A stretch of DNA of 64,000 nt from an uncultured virus (IMG/VR IMGVR_UViG_3300020469_000045) (lineage: Duplodnaviria; Heunggongvirae; Uroviricota; Caudoviricetes). A model generated the notes under the pieces. That model saw only the letters and a list, made by a program, of their open reading frames with translations. It was not told where the DNA came from and did not search any database. Position numbers and translations under genes: made by a program. Where the stretch lies: IMG/VR virus record IMGVR_UViG_3300020469_000045, one strand, 5' to 3'. Shown here one piece after another: positions 45,044 through 54,660 of the stretch; position 1 is the stretch's first letter; the number at the start of each line of letters is the position of its first letter.

Positions 45044-46068
45044 GTAATACAGAGATTATAAATGAAGAGCCGATTATAGATAATCAGCCTACAACGTCTG
45101 AAGAAGAAAAATTCTTTGGCAAAACAATGGAAGTTGATAATACAGTTCCAGAAGATTTATCTGTTGAAATTGTAGATGATGTTCCTACAGAAGATAGAAG
45201 ACCTCCACGAGATGAAAGCGTTGCAGAAACAGAAGTTGATGATGATACTTTAGACGCAGAAATTACCGACTATTCAAAGAGAGCCGGTGACAGAATTAAT
45301 AAATTAAAATACGATTACCATGAGGAGCGTAGAGCTAAAGAACAAGCTGCTAGAGAGTCTCAAGAAGCAATACAAAGACTGTCTTCTCTTATTGACGAGA
45401 ATAAAAAGCTACAAGCTTTAGTAGACCAAGGTGGAGAAGTATTAAATAAACAAGCAGCTAACAATGCTTTGTGGGCAAAACAAAATGCACAAGCAATGTA
45501 TAAGTCTGCTTATGAAGCAGGTGATGCAGATAAAATGGCTGAGGCTCAAGAACAACTTTCAAAAGCAGTTCTTGCAGAGCAAACAGCTAACAATATGTCT
45601 CAGCAAGTACAAACACAAATACTAAATGACTTGCCGGTTGAGGAAACGCCTGAACAACAACCTCAACAAATAGATGAAGATTTACAAAAGTGGGCAGCTA
45701 AAAACCCATGGTTTATGGGTACTGAGCCAATCCACAAAGAAATGTCATCATATGCTATGTATGTTGACAACGCATTAAGAACTAATGGCATAGACCCTGC
45801 TAAAGAATCAGGTAAGTATTATGCAGAAGTAGATAAAGAAATGCGTAATAAGTTCCCGAATTTTTTTGGTATTCAACAAACAGCTTCGGAAGAAGTAGTT
45901 GAAACAAAAAATAAACAACCTCAAACAGTTGTTGCCGGTGCCACGAGGAACACCGGAAACTCTAAACCCTCGCAAGTACGTCTGACCCAGACTCAAGTTA
46001 AGATAGCTCGACAACTTGGTATAAGTCCGGAGCAGTATGCAAATCAATTATTAAAGGAGCAAGTATGA
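45040..46068 (+). CDS. Capsid scaffolding protein
   Basis: Acidic coiled coil, WAAKNPWF, C-terminal RLTQTQVKIARQLGISPEQYA; upstream of capsid genes. Confidence 0.7.
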   Translation: MSNTEIINEEPIIDNQPTTSEEEKFFGKTMEVDNTVPEDLSVEIVDDVPTEDRRPPRDESVAETEVDDDTLDAEITDYSKRAGDRINKLKYDYHEERRAKEQAARESQEAIQRLSSLIDENKKLQALVDQGGEVLNKQAANNALWAKQNAQAMYKSAYEAGDADKMAEAQEQLSKAVLAEQTANNMSQQVQTQILNDLPVEETPEQQPQQIDEDLQKWAAKNPWFMGTEPIHKEMSSYAMYVDNALRTNGIDPAKESGKYYAEVDKEMRNKFPNFFGIQQTASEEVVETKNKQPQTVVAGATRNTGNSKPSQVRLTQTQVKIARQLGISPEQYANQLLKEQV

Positions 46069-46589
46069 CAGAGCAAGATAACACATCAAATGAAAATGAA
46101 GTGGAGGAAAGTTCTGTGAACTCCTCTGACCAAGAGCGTTCCCCTAGGGGATTAGATAGCCGAGAGGCTACCCAACGTTATCAGAATTGGGAAAACACAG
46201 CCAATTTACCTGACCCAGACCCACAAGAAGGGTGGGTTTTCAGATGGGTAAGAACTTCCTTAGTTGGAAATTCAGACAACCCTAATGTATCTAAAAGTTT
46301 TCGAGATGGTTGGTCACCTTGTCGTTTAGAAGACCACCCAGAACTACAGATACATATGCAAGACCATAATTCAGAATGGGCAGCAAAAGGTAATATAGAA
46401 GTTGGTGGATTGCTATTATGCAAAATGCCTGAAGAACGAGCAAAAGCACGTGAAAAGCATTTTTCAGATATGGCACAACAACAGGTTGAAACTGTTGATA
46501 ACACTTACTTCAAAGACCAAGATAGTAGAATGGCAACTAAACAAGTTTACGAACGCAAATCAAAAACGACTTTTGGTAAAGACTCATAG
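46065..46589 (+). CDS. Head-module hypothetical protein
   Basis: GWVFRWVR...GGLLLCKMP; between scaffold and capsid. Confidence 0.65.
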   Translation: MTEQDNTSNENEVEESSVNSSDQERSPRGLDSREATQRYQNWENTANLPDPDPQEGWVFRWVRTSLVGNSDNPNVSKSFRDGWSPCRLEDHPELQIHMQDHNSEWAAKGNIEVGGLLLCKMPEERAKAREKHFSDMAQQQVETVDNTYFKDQDSRMATKQVYERKSKTTFGKDS

Positions 46590-46643
46590 AGTCTTTTAAT
46601 TAATAATTTTTTTCTGCAACTATTTGCAGAGGAGTAAACAATT

Positions 46644-47231
46644 ATGGCTTCAACAGCTTCACCTATGGGTGCAAGACCAATGGGGTCGTTAGTATCGTGT
46701 GCTTACAATGCGAAGATTACTCACTATAAAATTAACAATGGCTTTGCTACTGATATTTTTTATGGTGACTTTGTTAAGTGGGCAGACAACAACCCAAACA
46801 CTACAATCCAAAAGGATACAGGAACTACTTCCTTGACTCCTATTGGTGTATTCTTAGGTTGTTCATATACTGACCCCTCAACCGGTCAAACTACTTTTAA
46901 TCAATATTATCCTGCTAATACAGCAGCCGATGATATTATGGCATATGTTGCTTCTGACCCTTTTCTGATTATGCAAATGCAATCAGACGAGGCTTTAGAC
47001 CAAGATGACTTAGGCAAGAACGTAGCAGTTATACAAACTGCAGGGTCTACTTCTATTGGCACAAGCAAAAATGCAGTAGACGGGAGTACAGCTAACACTA
47101 CCAATACACTACCTTTAAAGATTATCGACTTTGTCGATGGTCCTGATAGTACAATTGGTGATGCAAAAACAGATGTACTTGTAATGTTTAACGTAGGACA
47201 TCAGTTGCTTAATGCAACGGGTATCGGATAA
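46644..47231 (+). CDS. Capsid decoration/cement protein
   Basis: Immediately upstream of the MCP; beta-rich; SD GAGGAG. Confidence 0.6.
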   Translation: MASTASPMGARPMGSLVSCAYNAKITHYKINNGFATDIFYGDFVKWADNNPNTTIQKDTGTTSLTPIGVFLGCSYTDPSTGQTTFNQYYPANTAADDIMAYVASDPFLIMQMQSDEALDQDDLGKNVAVIQTAGSTSIGTSKNAVDGSTANTTNTLPLKIIDFVDGPDSTIGDAKTDVLVMFNVGHQLLNATGIG

Positions 47232-47243
47232 GGAGAATAAATT

Positions 47244-48155
47244 ATGGCTGCTATATCAAGAGCAAATGAGCTTAAACAGCTCCTACCGGGTCTTAACGCA
47301 TTATTTGGCGAAGAGTACAACAACTACGAAAATGAGCACGAAGATATCTACGTGACTGAAAACTCTGAAAGAAGTTTCGAGGAAGAGTTAAAGTTATCAG
47401 GTTTCGGAGCTGCTCCTGTAAAAGATGAGGGTGCTGCTATCAGTTATGACACAGCTCAAGAATCTTTCGTAGCTCGTTACACTCACGAAACTATTGCAAT
47501 GGGATATGCTATCACTGAAGAAGCAATGGAGGATAACCTCTATGTTTCGCTTTCAGCTAGATACACTAAAGCCTTAGCTAGAGCTATGGCTTACACCAAA
47601 CAAGTAAAAAGTGTTGTTCCTTTGAACAATGGTTTTACTTCGTTTAATGGTGGTGATGGTGTAACTTTATTTAGTACAGCACACCCATTAGTTAATGGTG
47701 GTACAAATAGTAATAGACCTGCCACAGGTGCTGATTTGAACGAAGTATCTTTAGAAGATGCAATTATTCAAATCGGTGGATACACAGACGAAAGAGGTCT
47801 GAAAATCGCTGCCAGAGCAAGAAAGTTAATCATACCTTCTGCTCTTCAGTTTGTAGCAACTAGACTGCTACAAAGTGACTACCGAGTAGGAACAGCAGAT
47901 AATGACATTAACGCTATTAAAACTAATGGCGTTATTCCAGAAGGTTTTTCAGTTAATCATTATTTAACTGACCCTAATGCCTTCTTCATTACTACTGACA
48001 TTCCTGACGGAATGAAGCACTTTGTAAGAAGTCCAATGACTACAAGCATGGACGGGGATTTTGACACAGGAAACGTTAGATACAAGGCTAGAGAAAGATA
48101 TTCCTTTGGAGTATCAGACCCTCTAGGTATCTTCGGCTCTCCGGGGTCAAGCTAA
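47244..48155 (+). CDS. Major capsid protein
   Basis: ISRANELKQLLPGLNALFGEEY...DFDTGNVRYKARERYSFG; strong SD; followed by terminator. Confidence 0.88.
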   Translation: MAAISRANELKQLLPGLNALFGEEYNNYENEHEDIYVTENSERSFEEELKLSGFGAAPVKDEGAAISYDTAQESFVARYTHETIAMGYAITEEAMEDNLYVSLSARYTKALARAMAYTKQVKSVVPLNNGFTSFNGGDGVTLFSTAHPLVNGGTNSNRPATGADLNEVSLEDAIIQIGGYTDERGLKIAARARKLIIPSALQFVATRLLQSDYRVGTADNDINAIKTNGVIPEGFSVNHYLTDPNAFFITTDIPDGMKHFVRSPMTTSMDGDFDTGNVRYKARERYSFGVSDPLGIFGSPGSS

Positions 48156-48160
48156 GAATT

Positions 48161-48187
48161 AAGGGAGGACTTCGGTCCTCCCTTTTT
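48161..48187 (+). terminator. Intrinsic terminator after the MCP
   Basis: AAGGGAGGAC-TTCG-GTCCTCCCTTTTT. Confidence 0.9.
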
Positions 48188-48193
48188 CTACAT

Positions 48194-48250
48194 CTAGGAT
48201 TAATTAACTTCTCTATCAACTGACCTAGCAGACAACCCAAGATGATAGAG
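48194..48250 (+). ncRNA. Candidate pseudoknotted cis-regulatory RNA
   Basis: CTCTATCA/TGATAGAG stem; inner CTG-ACCTAG-CAG loop complementary to upstream CTAGG. Confidence 0.4.
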
Positions 48251-48272
48251 TTTTTCCTTTAAGGAGGGAATA

Positions 48273-48728
48273 ATGGGAACTACAACATTCTCAGGACCTG
48301 TTAAAGCAGGGACTATCAAAGACACAACCGGAACTACTGTAGGTACTGATGTCGCTAATACCGGCTCAGTTGTTATGGCACAATCTGCAGTTGTAGATAT
48401 TATTGGTGCAAGTCACTTAAACCAAGTAATAGCTACTGTACCGGCTAATTCACAAATTATTGATGTCGTATTAAACGTTACTGTCGTTAATAACGATGGT
48501 GGTGCAGCTACTGTATCAGTTGGTACAGCAGCAGACGGAAATGCTTTTATTAATGCACAAAATGTAAAAGCACTTGCAACAACAAGAGGTACTTTAGATA
48601 CTGAAGCTACTGATGTTGGAACATCTGACATTCAAGTTCTAGCCGACTTTACCGGAGCAAATGGTGATGCAACCACCGGAGCTGCTACGGCAACAGTCTT
48701 ATATATCCAAAACAACAATTTAAGTTAA
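48273..48728 (+). CDS. Minor head/virion structural protein
   Basis: MGTTTFSGPVK; T/A/V-rich; SD AAGGAGG. Confidence 0.7.
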   Translation: MGTTTFSGPVKAGTIKDTTGTTVGTDVANTGSVVMAQSAVVDIIGASHLNQVIATVPANSQIIDVVLNVTVVNNDGGAATVSVGTAADGNAFINAQNVKALATTRGTLDTEATDVGTSDIQVLADFTGANGDATTGAATATVLYIQNNNLS

Positions 48729-48737
48729 AGGTAAATT

Positions 48738-49139
48738 ATGGCAGATGCAGTCACAAGCCAGACTATTATAGATGGCGACAGAAACTGTGTTATGAAATTT
48801 ACCAATGTAAGTGATGGTACGGGCGAAAGTGCTGTAGCTAAAGTAGATGTTTCTGCTTTATCTGCTAACTCTGCAGGAACAGCTTGTTCCGGAGTTAGAA
48901 TAGTACGAGTAAGCCATGCCATTGTTGGTATGTCTGTTCAATTATTTTTTAATGCTAACGCTAATGTTTTAATCATGGAGTTAGCTGAAAGTAGTAATGG
49001 ACATATGGACTTTTCGGATTTTGGTGGTATTCCTAATAATGCAGGAACAGGAAAGAATGGTGACGTTCTTTTCACAACTAAGGGTGCTAGTAATGGGGAT
49101 ACCTATTCTGTTACTCTTGAAATGATAAAAACGTATTAA
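48738..49139 (+). CDS. Virion structural protein
   Basis: Beta-rich ORF in the head-tail region. Confidence 0.65.
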   Translation: MADAVTSQTIIDGDRNCVMKFTNVSDGTGESAVAKVDVSALSANSAGTACSGVRIVRVSHAIVGMSVQLFFNANANVLIMELAESSNGHMDFSDFGGIPNNAGTGKNGDVLFTTKGASNGDTYSVTLEMIKTY

Positions 49140-49148
49140 GGAGTTAAT

Positions 49149-49448
49149 ATGGCAAGTAAGAAAGCAATAATTTCTACAAGTGGTTTTCCCCCACAGTATT
49201 TTGTTTTACAAGCAAATGATGAAGGTATTTTTGAAGTTGTATTTGGACCTGACCCTGATTTAGTTGATGCTCAAAGAAAAGCAGATGAACTAAATGGTGT
49301 CAGAGCTAGAACAACAAAAGGTCACTATGTGGCTGATGACCCTTCAACACCTGATGTAAATGAAGCATATGTAGGTGGAAAAACACCAAAGAAAAAAACA
49401 ACTAAGAAAAAACCCGTAGCTAAGAAAAAAGCTACTACAAAAAAGTGA
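49149..49448 (+). CDS. Small protein with Lys-rich tail
   Basis: RARTTKGHYVADDPSTPDVNEAY motif plus KKKTTKKK tail. Confidence 0.7.
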   Translation: MASKKAIISTSGFPPQYFVLQANDEGIFEVVFGPDPDLVDAQRKADELNGVRARTTKGHYVADDPSTPDVNEAYVGGKTPKKKTTKKKPVAKKKATTKK

Positions 49449-49455
49449 GGTAATA

Positions 49456-49611
49456 ATGCCGGGTACAATGAAAAAAGATAAAAAAGGCATGGCTTATGGT
49501 CATGGTGGTGGTCTTAAAAAAAATAAACATCAAACCTATATGGGTGGTGGTGTTATGAAAAAGAAAGCACCTATGTCTGCAATGTTCCGTGGTGGTAAAA
49601 CAGGCAAATAA
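49456..49611 (+). CDS. Small Lys/Gly/Met-rich protein (51 aa)
   Basis: MPGTMKKDKKGMAYGHGGGLKK...YMGGGVMKK...FRGGKTGK; SD GAGG. Confidence 0.65.
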   Translation: MPGTMKKDKKGMAYGHGGGLKKNKHQTYMGGGVMKKKAPMSAMFRGGKTGK

Positions 49612-49904
49612 TGTCAGGAGCTAAGAAGGACTCTCGTTTAAAAAGAGCAGGAGTATCAGGTTATAACAAACCAAAGCGTACTCCTAGCCACCCTAAGAAG
49701 TCTCATATTGTTGTTGCCAAAGAAGGTAGCAAAGTAAAAACCATTAGGTTTGGACAGAAAGGTGCTAAGACTGCAGGTAAACCTAAAGCAGGAGAGTCTG
49801 CAAGAATGAAAGCAAAACGAAAATCCTTCAAAGCTCGTCATGCAAAGAATATTAAAAAAGGTAAGATGTCAGCAGCTTATTGGGCAGATAAGGTGAAGTG
49901 GTGA
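49611..49904 (+). CDS. Small basic protein
   Basis: KTIRFGQKG...RKSFKARH...SAAYWADKVKW. Confidence 0.75.
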   Translation: MSGAKKDSRLKRAGVSGYNKPKRTPSHPKKSHIVVAKEGSKVKTIRFGQKGAKTAGKPKAGESARMKAKRKSFKARHAKNIKKGKMSAAYWADKVKW

Positions 49905-50089
49905 GTAGAGCAAAAAAATCAAAATCAAAAGTCAATGAGGCAGGAAACTATACTAAACCTACTATGCGTAAAAATTTATTCAACAGAATTAAAGCAGGTG
50001 GTAAAGGTGGTAAGCCGGGTCAATGGTCTGCACGTAAAGCTCAGATGTTAGCTAAACAATATAAAGCAAAAGGTGGTGGATATAAATGA
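49901..50089 (+). CDS. Small basic protein
   Basis: GGKPGQWSARKAQMLAKQYKAKGGGYK. Confidence 0.7.
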   Translation: MSRAKKSKSKVNEAGNYTKPTMRKNLFNRIKAGGKGGKPGQWSARKAQMLAKQYKAKGGGYK

Positions 50090-50346
50090 ATAAAAAACTT
50101 AGAGAAGTACCTGATAGCAATTCAGGATTAAAAAAACTTCCTTCTGATGTAAGAAATAAAATGGGATTTATGAAAGCAGGTGGTAAGACACCTTCTCAAA
50201 AAGGAGTTAAAGCTCCAGAAGGATTTCATTTTATGAAACAAGAAGGTGGTGGATATAAATTAATGAAACATGAAGGAAAGTTTAAATCTCATAAGGGAGC
50301 TACATTAGTAGCAAAGTTTGATATTCAAGAAAAACATAAAGCTTAA
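50086..50346 (+). CDS. Small basic protein
   Basis: GLKKLPSDVRNKMGFMKAGG. Confidence 0.7.
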   Translation: MNKKLREVPDSNSGLKKLPSDVRNKMGFMKAGGKTPSQKGVKAPEGFHFMKQEGGGYKLMKHEGKFKSHKGATLVAKFDIQEKHKA

Positions 50347-50585
50347 TGCCTTTAAAAAAATCACAAAGGTCTTTAAAAAATTGGACTAAACAAAAATGGA
50401 GAACAAAGTCTGGGAAGCCTTCAGGTAAAACCGGAGAGCGATATCTTCCAGAAAAAGCAATCAAAGCTTTATCTTCTTCAGAGTATGCAGCTACAACTAA
50501 AGCTAAAAGAAAAGGAACTAAAAAAGGCAAACAGTTTGTTAAACAACCAAAGAACATTGCAAAAAAAACAGCGAGGTACAGATGA
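50346..50585 (+). CDS. Small basic protein
   Basis: SLKNWTKQKWRTKSGKPS..TGERYLP. Confidence 0.7.
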   Translation: MPLKKSQRSLKNWTKQKWRTKSGKPSGKTGERYLPEKAIKALSSSEYAATTKAKRKGTKKGKQFVKQPKNIAKKTARYR

Positions 50586-50704
50586 CAATAGCTAGAACTA
50601 ATATGCGTGAACAGATTGACAAGTCTGGTAAAAAAAAACAAAAAATAGTAACCCAAGAAAAACGAGGAGACATAACAGTTATAAGAGTTAGATATGGCGA
50701 CTAG
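50582..50704 (+). CDS. Small basic protein (40 aa)
   Basis: MTIARTNMREQIDKSGKKK...; coupled at both ends. Confidence 0.55.
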   Translation: MTIARTNMREQIDKSGKKKQKIVTQEKRGDITVIRVRYGD

Positions 50705-51383
50705 TGGAACTTACGGATTTAATTTAGACATTACAGAACTTATGGAAGAGGCATTTGACCTCTGTGGTTTATCTATAATGTCAGGTGGAGACTACAACAC
50801 AGCAAAACGTGCATTGGATTTAATTTTTTTGGAATGGCAAAACAAAGGACTTAATCTTTGGAAAGTAGAACAAGGCAGTATAACTTTGACTGCAGGTACT
50901 AATATATATGATGCAGATAGTACAGCATTAGAAATAGTTGATGCTGTAGTAAGGACTGATGCAGGAGATGTATCAGAACAATTTGACCAACGACTTACAA
51001 GAATAAGTAGAACTGAATACAATCATCAAGCTAAAAAACTTTTACAATCTAAGCCAACACAATACTATGTTGATAAAGGATTAACATTAAAGATAGGGAT
51101 TTGGGCAACACCTGACTCACAACAAACTTATACTTTAATATATGATTACATAAAAAGAATTGAAGATGCAGGAGTTAATGCAAGTATAAATCCAGATGTT
51201 CCTGCTAGATACTTACCATGTTTAACTTATGCTTTGGCATACAACATAGCTTGTAAGAATGACCAATCACAAAGTCGCATACCTATGATAAAGCAAAGGT
51301 ATGATGAATTATGGAAAGAAGTATCAGAAGCAGATAGAGAAAGAGCTGCTATAAGATTTGTACCTAATACTAATAGTTATTAA
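50694..51383 (+). CDS. Head-tail adaptor / tail tubular protein
   Basis: MEEAFDLCG...ALDLIFLEWQNKGLNLW...ISRTEY...PTQYY. Confidence 0.7.
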   Translation: MATSGTYGFNLDITELMEEAFDLCGLSIMSGGDYNTAKRALDLIFLEWQNKGLNLWKVEQGSITLTAGTNIYDADSTALEIVDAVVRTDAGDVSEQFDQRLTRISRTEYNHQAKKLLQSKPTQYYVDKGLTLKIGIWATPDSQQTYTLIYDYIKRIEDAGVNASINPDVPARYLPCLTYALAYNIACKNDQSQSRIPMIKQRYDELWKEVSEADRERAAIRFVPNTNSY

Positions 51384-51385
51384 AT

Positions 51386-52162
51386 ATGGCATATGCAGCA
51401 GGTAAAAAAGCAATTGGTATCTGTGACAGATGTGGTTTCACTTATAAATTAAGAGATTTAAAATACGAAGTACAAGACCAAAAAAAAACAGGTAGTAGAA
51501 TATGCCCGTCTTGTATAGACCCAGACCAACCTCAGTATAGAGTAGGAGAGGTTGATACTTCAGATAATATAGGTTTGTTTAATCCTAGACCTGACTCAGG
51601 CGAAAAGACTTCAACAACTTATTTTGGATTTAATCCATTAAATAGCACGGGTATGGTAATAAGAGGAGGTATAGGCTTTAGTAGAATTACAACAACTAAT
51701 GCACCTAGTCCTTCTCCTAGTCCTAGTCCTAGTCCTAGTCCTAGTCCTTCACCAAGTCCGGCTAATGTAGCAGTTCAATTAACACAAAATTTATTAACAA
51801 CAAGCTTAAATGCTGTTAGTACTTTAGCTGTAACAAACTATGTAGTTACAGTACAAGCTTATGGTGGAGGTAATCGTTATTATATTGACTCTGTAAGACA
51901 GCCTACATTAACTTTAGAAGAAGGTAAGACTTATAGATTTGACCAAGGTAATGCTAGTAATGGAACTCACCCATTAAGATTTTCTACAACTTCCGATGGA
52001 AATCATGGAGGAGGAAGTGAATATACAACAGGTGTGACAACAAATGGAACACCGGGTAATGCAGGAGCATATACTCAAATAACTGTAGCTGTTGGAGCAC
52101 CTACTCTTTATTATTACTGTACCAATCATAGTGGTATGGGAGGACAAGCAAACACACCATGA
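51386..52162 (+). CDS. Zn-finger virion protein fused via a (PS)n linker to a cupredoxin-like domain
   Basis: CDRCG...CPSC N-terminus; (SP)8; YRFDQ..HPLRFS...LYYYCTNHSGMG. Confidence 0.65.
   Translation: MAYAAGKKAIGICDRCGFTYKLRDLKYEVQDQKKTGSRICPSCIDPDQPQYRVGEVDTSDNIGLFNPRPDSGEKTSTTYFGFNPLNSTGMVIRGGIGFSRITTTNAPSPSPSPSPSPSPSPSPSPANVAVQLTQNLLTTSLNAVSTLAVTNYVVTVQAYGGGNRYYIDSVRQPTLTLEEGKTYRFDQGNASNGTHPLRFSTTSDGNHGGGSEYTTGVTTNGTPGNAGAYTQITVAVGAPTLYYYCTNHSGMGGQANTP
51703..51760 (+). repeat. CCTAGT hexamer tandem repeat encoding a Pro-Ser linker
   Basis: cctagtccttctcctagtcctagtcctagtcctagtcctagtccttcaccaagtccg. Confidence 0.9.
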
Positions 52163-52800
52163 CATATAGTGAATTAAAATCTTTAATACAAAATTATTTA
52201 GAAAATAACGAAACTTCGTTTGTTTCTAATCTTCCTGATATTATTAAACAAGCTGAAGAAAGAATTGTTAAATCTGTAAAACTTCCAAACTTTAGAAAAA
52301 ATGTTACAGGTCAATTAAGTGCAGGTAATGAATATTTATCAACACCTTCAGACTTTTTAGATAATTTTTCTTTAGCTGTTTTAGATGGGCAATCTCAAAA
52401 CTTTTTATATTTTCGTGATGTTAATTATATAAGAGAAGCATATCCGGATAGAACAGTAGCAGGAGCACCACAACATTATGCTCTTTATGACAATGATAGT
52501 TTTATAGTTGCACCAACACCTAATCTAAGTTTAACAGTTGAGCTACATTATTTTTATAAACCTGCTTCTATTACAGCAGGAGCAGAAGGTGGAACAACAT
52601 GGCTATCAGAAAATGCAACTAATGCTTTGTTGTATGGTTGTTTAATAGAAGGCTATGTTTATATGAAAGGAGCACAAGATATGTTAGCTGAGTATGAAAA
52701 AAGATATTTTCAAGCTATATCTAGATTAAAGAATTTAGGGGAAGCAGATAATACTATAGATACCTATGCCGAAGGTATGCTAAGACAGAAGAGGACATAA
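52159..52800 (+). CDS. Tail tubular/adaptor protein
   Basis: MTYSELKSLIQNYLE...APTP...YFYKP..TWLSENATNALLYGCL. Confidence 0.7.
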   Translation: MTYSELKSLIQNYLENNETSFVSNLPDIIKQAEERIVKSVKLPNFRKNVTGQLSAGNEYLSTPSDFLDNFSLAVLDGQSQNFLYFRDVNYIREAYPDRTVAGAPQHYALYDNDSFIVAPTPNLSLTVELHYFYKPASITAGAEGGTTWLSENATNALLYGCLIEGYVYMKGAQDMLAEYEKRYFQAISRLKNLGEADNTIDTYAEGMLRQKRT

Positions 52801-53090
52801 TGTTTACAGTTGATATAGAAACAACTACAGGTACTGTTGGAGTACAGACAACAGAAAATAAAGGTTTAAGTCCTGAATATTGGACAGATAGAATTGTTGA
52901 AAGGTTAGTTTCAATAAGTGATACAGCAGACCCTATGGTTAAGGCACAAGCTGAAGCATTTAAAGACTCTATACAACAACTTATCCTGCACTATCTAAAA
53001 CAAGCAGTAGCTAGTGATAGAAGTACAGTCGCAGGTTTATTAGAAAAACAAGGTCATAAAGATATGGCTGAAATTATAAGGAGGCTGTAA
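52800..53090 (+). CDS. Hypothetical virion-module protein
   Basis: Coupled ORF. Confidence 0.65.
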   Translation: MFTVDIETTTGTVGVQTTENKGLSPEYWTDRIVERLVSISDTADPMVKAQAEAFKDSIQQLILHYLKQAVASDRSTVAGLLEKQGHKDMAEIIRRL

Positions 53091-53518
53091 TGGCAATTTC
53101 TCAAGCAATGTGTACTTCGTTTAAAGTTGAACTTATGACAGGTACGCACAATTTTACAAACAGTAGTGGTAATGCTTTTAAGTTAGCTTTGTACACAAGC
53201 TCGGCTACACTAGGTGCAGCTACAACTGCTTTCTCAGCAACTAATGAAGTTTCTGGTACAGGTTATTCTTCTGGTGGAGGAGCATTAACAAATGTAACAC
53301 CAACCTCAAGTGGAACAACTGCATTTACTGATTTTGCTGATTTAACTTTTAGTAGTTCTACAATAACTGCTAATGGTGCTTTAATTTATAACAGCACTAA
53401 TAGTAATAAAGCTGTATGTGTATTAGCTTTTGGTGGAGATAAAAGTTCTACCAATGGTGACTTCACAATACAATTTCCTACACCTGACGCTTCAAACGCA
53501 ATTATTAGAATAGCTTAA
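53090..53518 (+). CDS. Virion structural protein
   Basis: FKLALYT...NEVSGTGY..GG; T/S-rich; SD AGGAGG. Confidence 0.7.
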   Translation: MAISQAMCTSFKVELMTGTHNFTNSSGNAFKLALYTSSATLGAATTAFSATNEVSGTGYSSGGGALTNVTPTSSGTTAFTDFADLTFSSSTITANGALIYNSTNSNKAVCVLAFGGDKSSTNGDFTIQFPTPDASNAIIRIA

Positions 53519-54660
53519 TGGCATTTGTTCTTAACGATAGAGTTAAAGAAACAACAACAACTGCAGGAACAGGCACAGTAAATTTAGCAGGTGCTGAAAC
53601 AGGTTTCGAGTCGTTTGTTGCAGGTATTGGTAATTCCAATACAACTTACTATGCTATCGTTCATCAAAGTTTAGACGAGTTTGAAGTTGGTTTAGGAACT
53701 ATAACAGACGCAAGTCCAGACACTTTAGCGAGAACTACAATAATAAGTAGTTCTAACTCTGACTCTGCAGTAAATTTTTCTGCAGGAACTAAAGATGTAT
53801 TTTGTACATTACCTGCAAGTAAAGCCATAGTAGAAGATGCTTCTGACAATGTAGCATTAGGTGCTGCACCAACGATTAGCAATGCTTCTGGAGATTTAAC
53901 TTTAGATGTTGCAGGTGTCATTAAATTAGATGCTGATGGAGCAGAAATACAAATAAAAGATGGTGGTACTGAAATAGGTGCTATAAACATGGCTAGTAGC
54001 AACTTAAACATAGATGCAAAAGTAGCTGATAAAGATATAGTATTTAGAGGAATAGATGGTTCTAGTGATGTTACTGCTCTTACTCTTGATATGTCTGATG
54101 CAGGTAGAGGAGTCTTTACTGGTGGTATTGATATAGTTGCTAATAAAGATATTGAACTTAATTATGGTACTTGGACAGGAGAAAAGTCAGCAAAAATACA
54201 AGCTCATTCTAATAATATATATGTGCAATACGTTTCAAATGTTATTTTTAGAAATAGTAGTGCAGTAGACAGGTTTTTCTGCGATGCTTCTGGTAATGGT
54301 TATTTTGACGGAAATGTTACAGCTTATTATTCAGATGAAAGATTAAAAGATAAACAGGGCAAAATAGAAAATGCTTTAGATAAAGTAGAACAAATTGAAA
54401 CTTTTTATTTTACAGAAAATGAATTAGCAAAATCTTTAGGAAATACTGTAGATAAAAAACAAGTAGGTGTATCTGCACAATCTGTTAAAGAAGTATTGCC
54501 AGAAATAGTACACTTAGCTCCTTTTGATACAGACGCAGAAACAGGCGAATCTAAATCTGGCGAAGATTACATGACTGTTGATTATGCAAAATTAACTCCA
54601 TTACTAATTGAAGCTATCAAAGAATTACAATTAAGAATAAAAGAATTAGAGGATAAGTAA
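53518..54660 (+). CDS. Tail fibre protein with C-terminal S74 chaperone domain
   Basis: DRVKETTTTAGTG N-terminus; YYSDERLK..IENALDKV...GVSAQ...LLIEAIKEL. Confidence 0.85.
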   Translation: MAFVLNDRVKETTTTAGTGTVNLAGAETGFESFVAGIGNSNTTYYAIVHQSLDEFEVGLGTITDASPDTLARTTIISSSNSDSAVNFSAGTKDVFCTLPASKAIVEDASDNVALGAAPTISNASGDLTLDVAGVIKLDADGAEIQIKDGGTEIGAINMASSNLNIDAKVADKDIVFRGIDGSSDVTALTLDMSDAGRGVFTGGIDIVANKDIELNYGTWTGEKSAKIQAHSNNIYVQYVSNVIFRNSSAVDRFFCDASGNGYFDGNVTAYYSDERLKDKQGKIENALDKVEQIETFYFTENELAKSLGNTVDKKQVGVSAQSVKEVLPEIVHLAPFDTDAETGESKSGEDYMTVDYAKLTPLLIEAIKELQLRIKELEDK

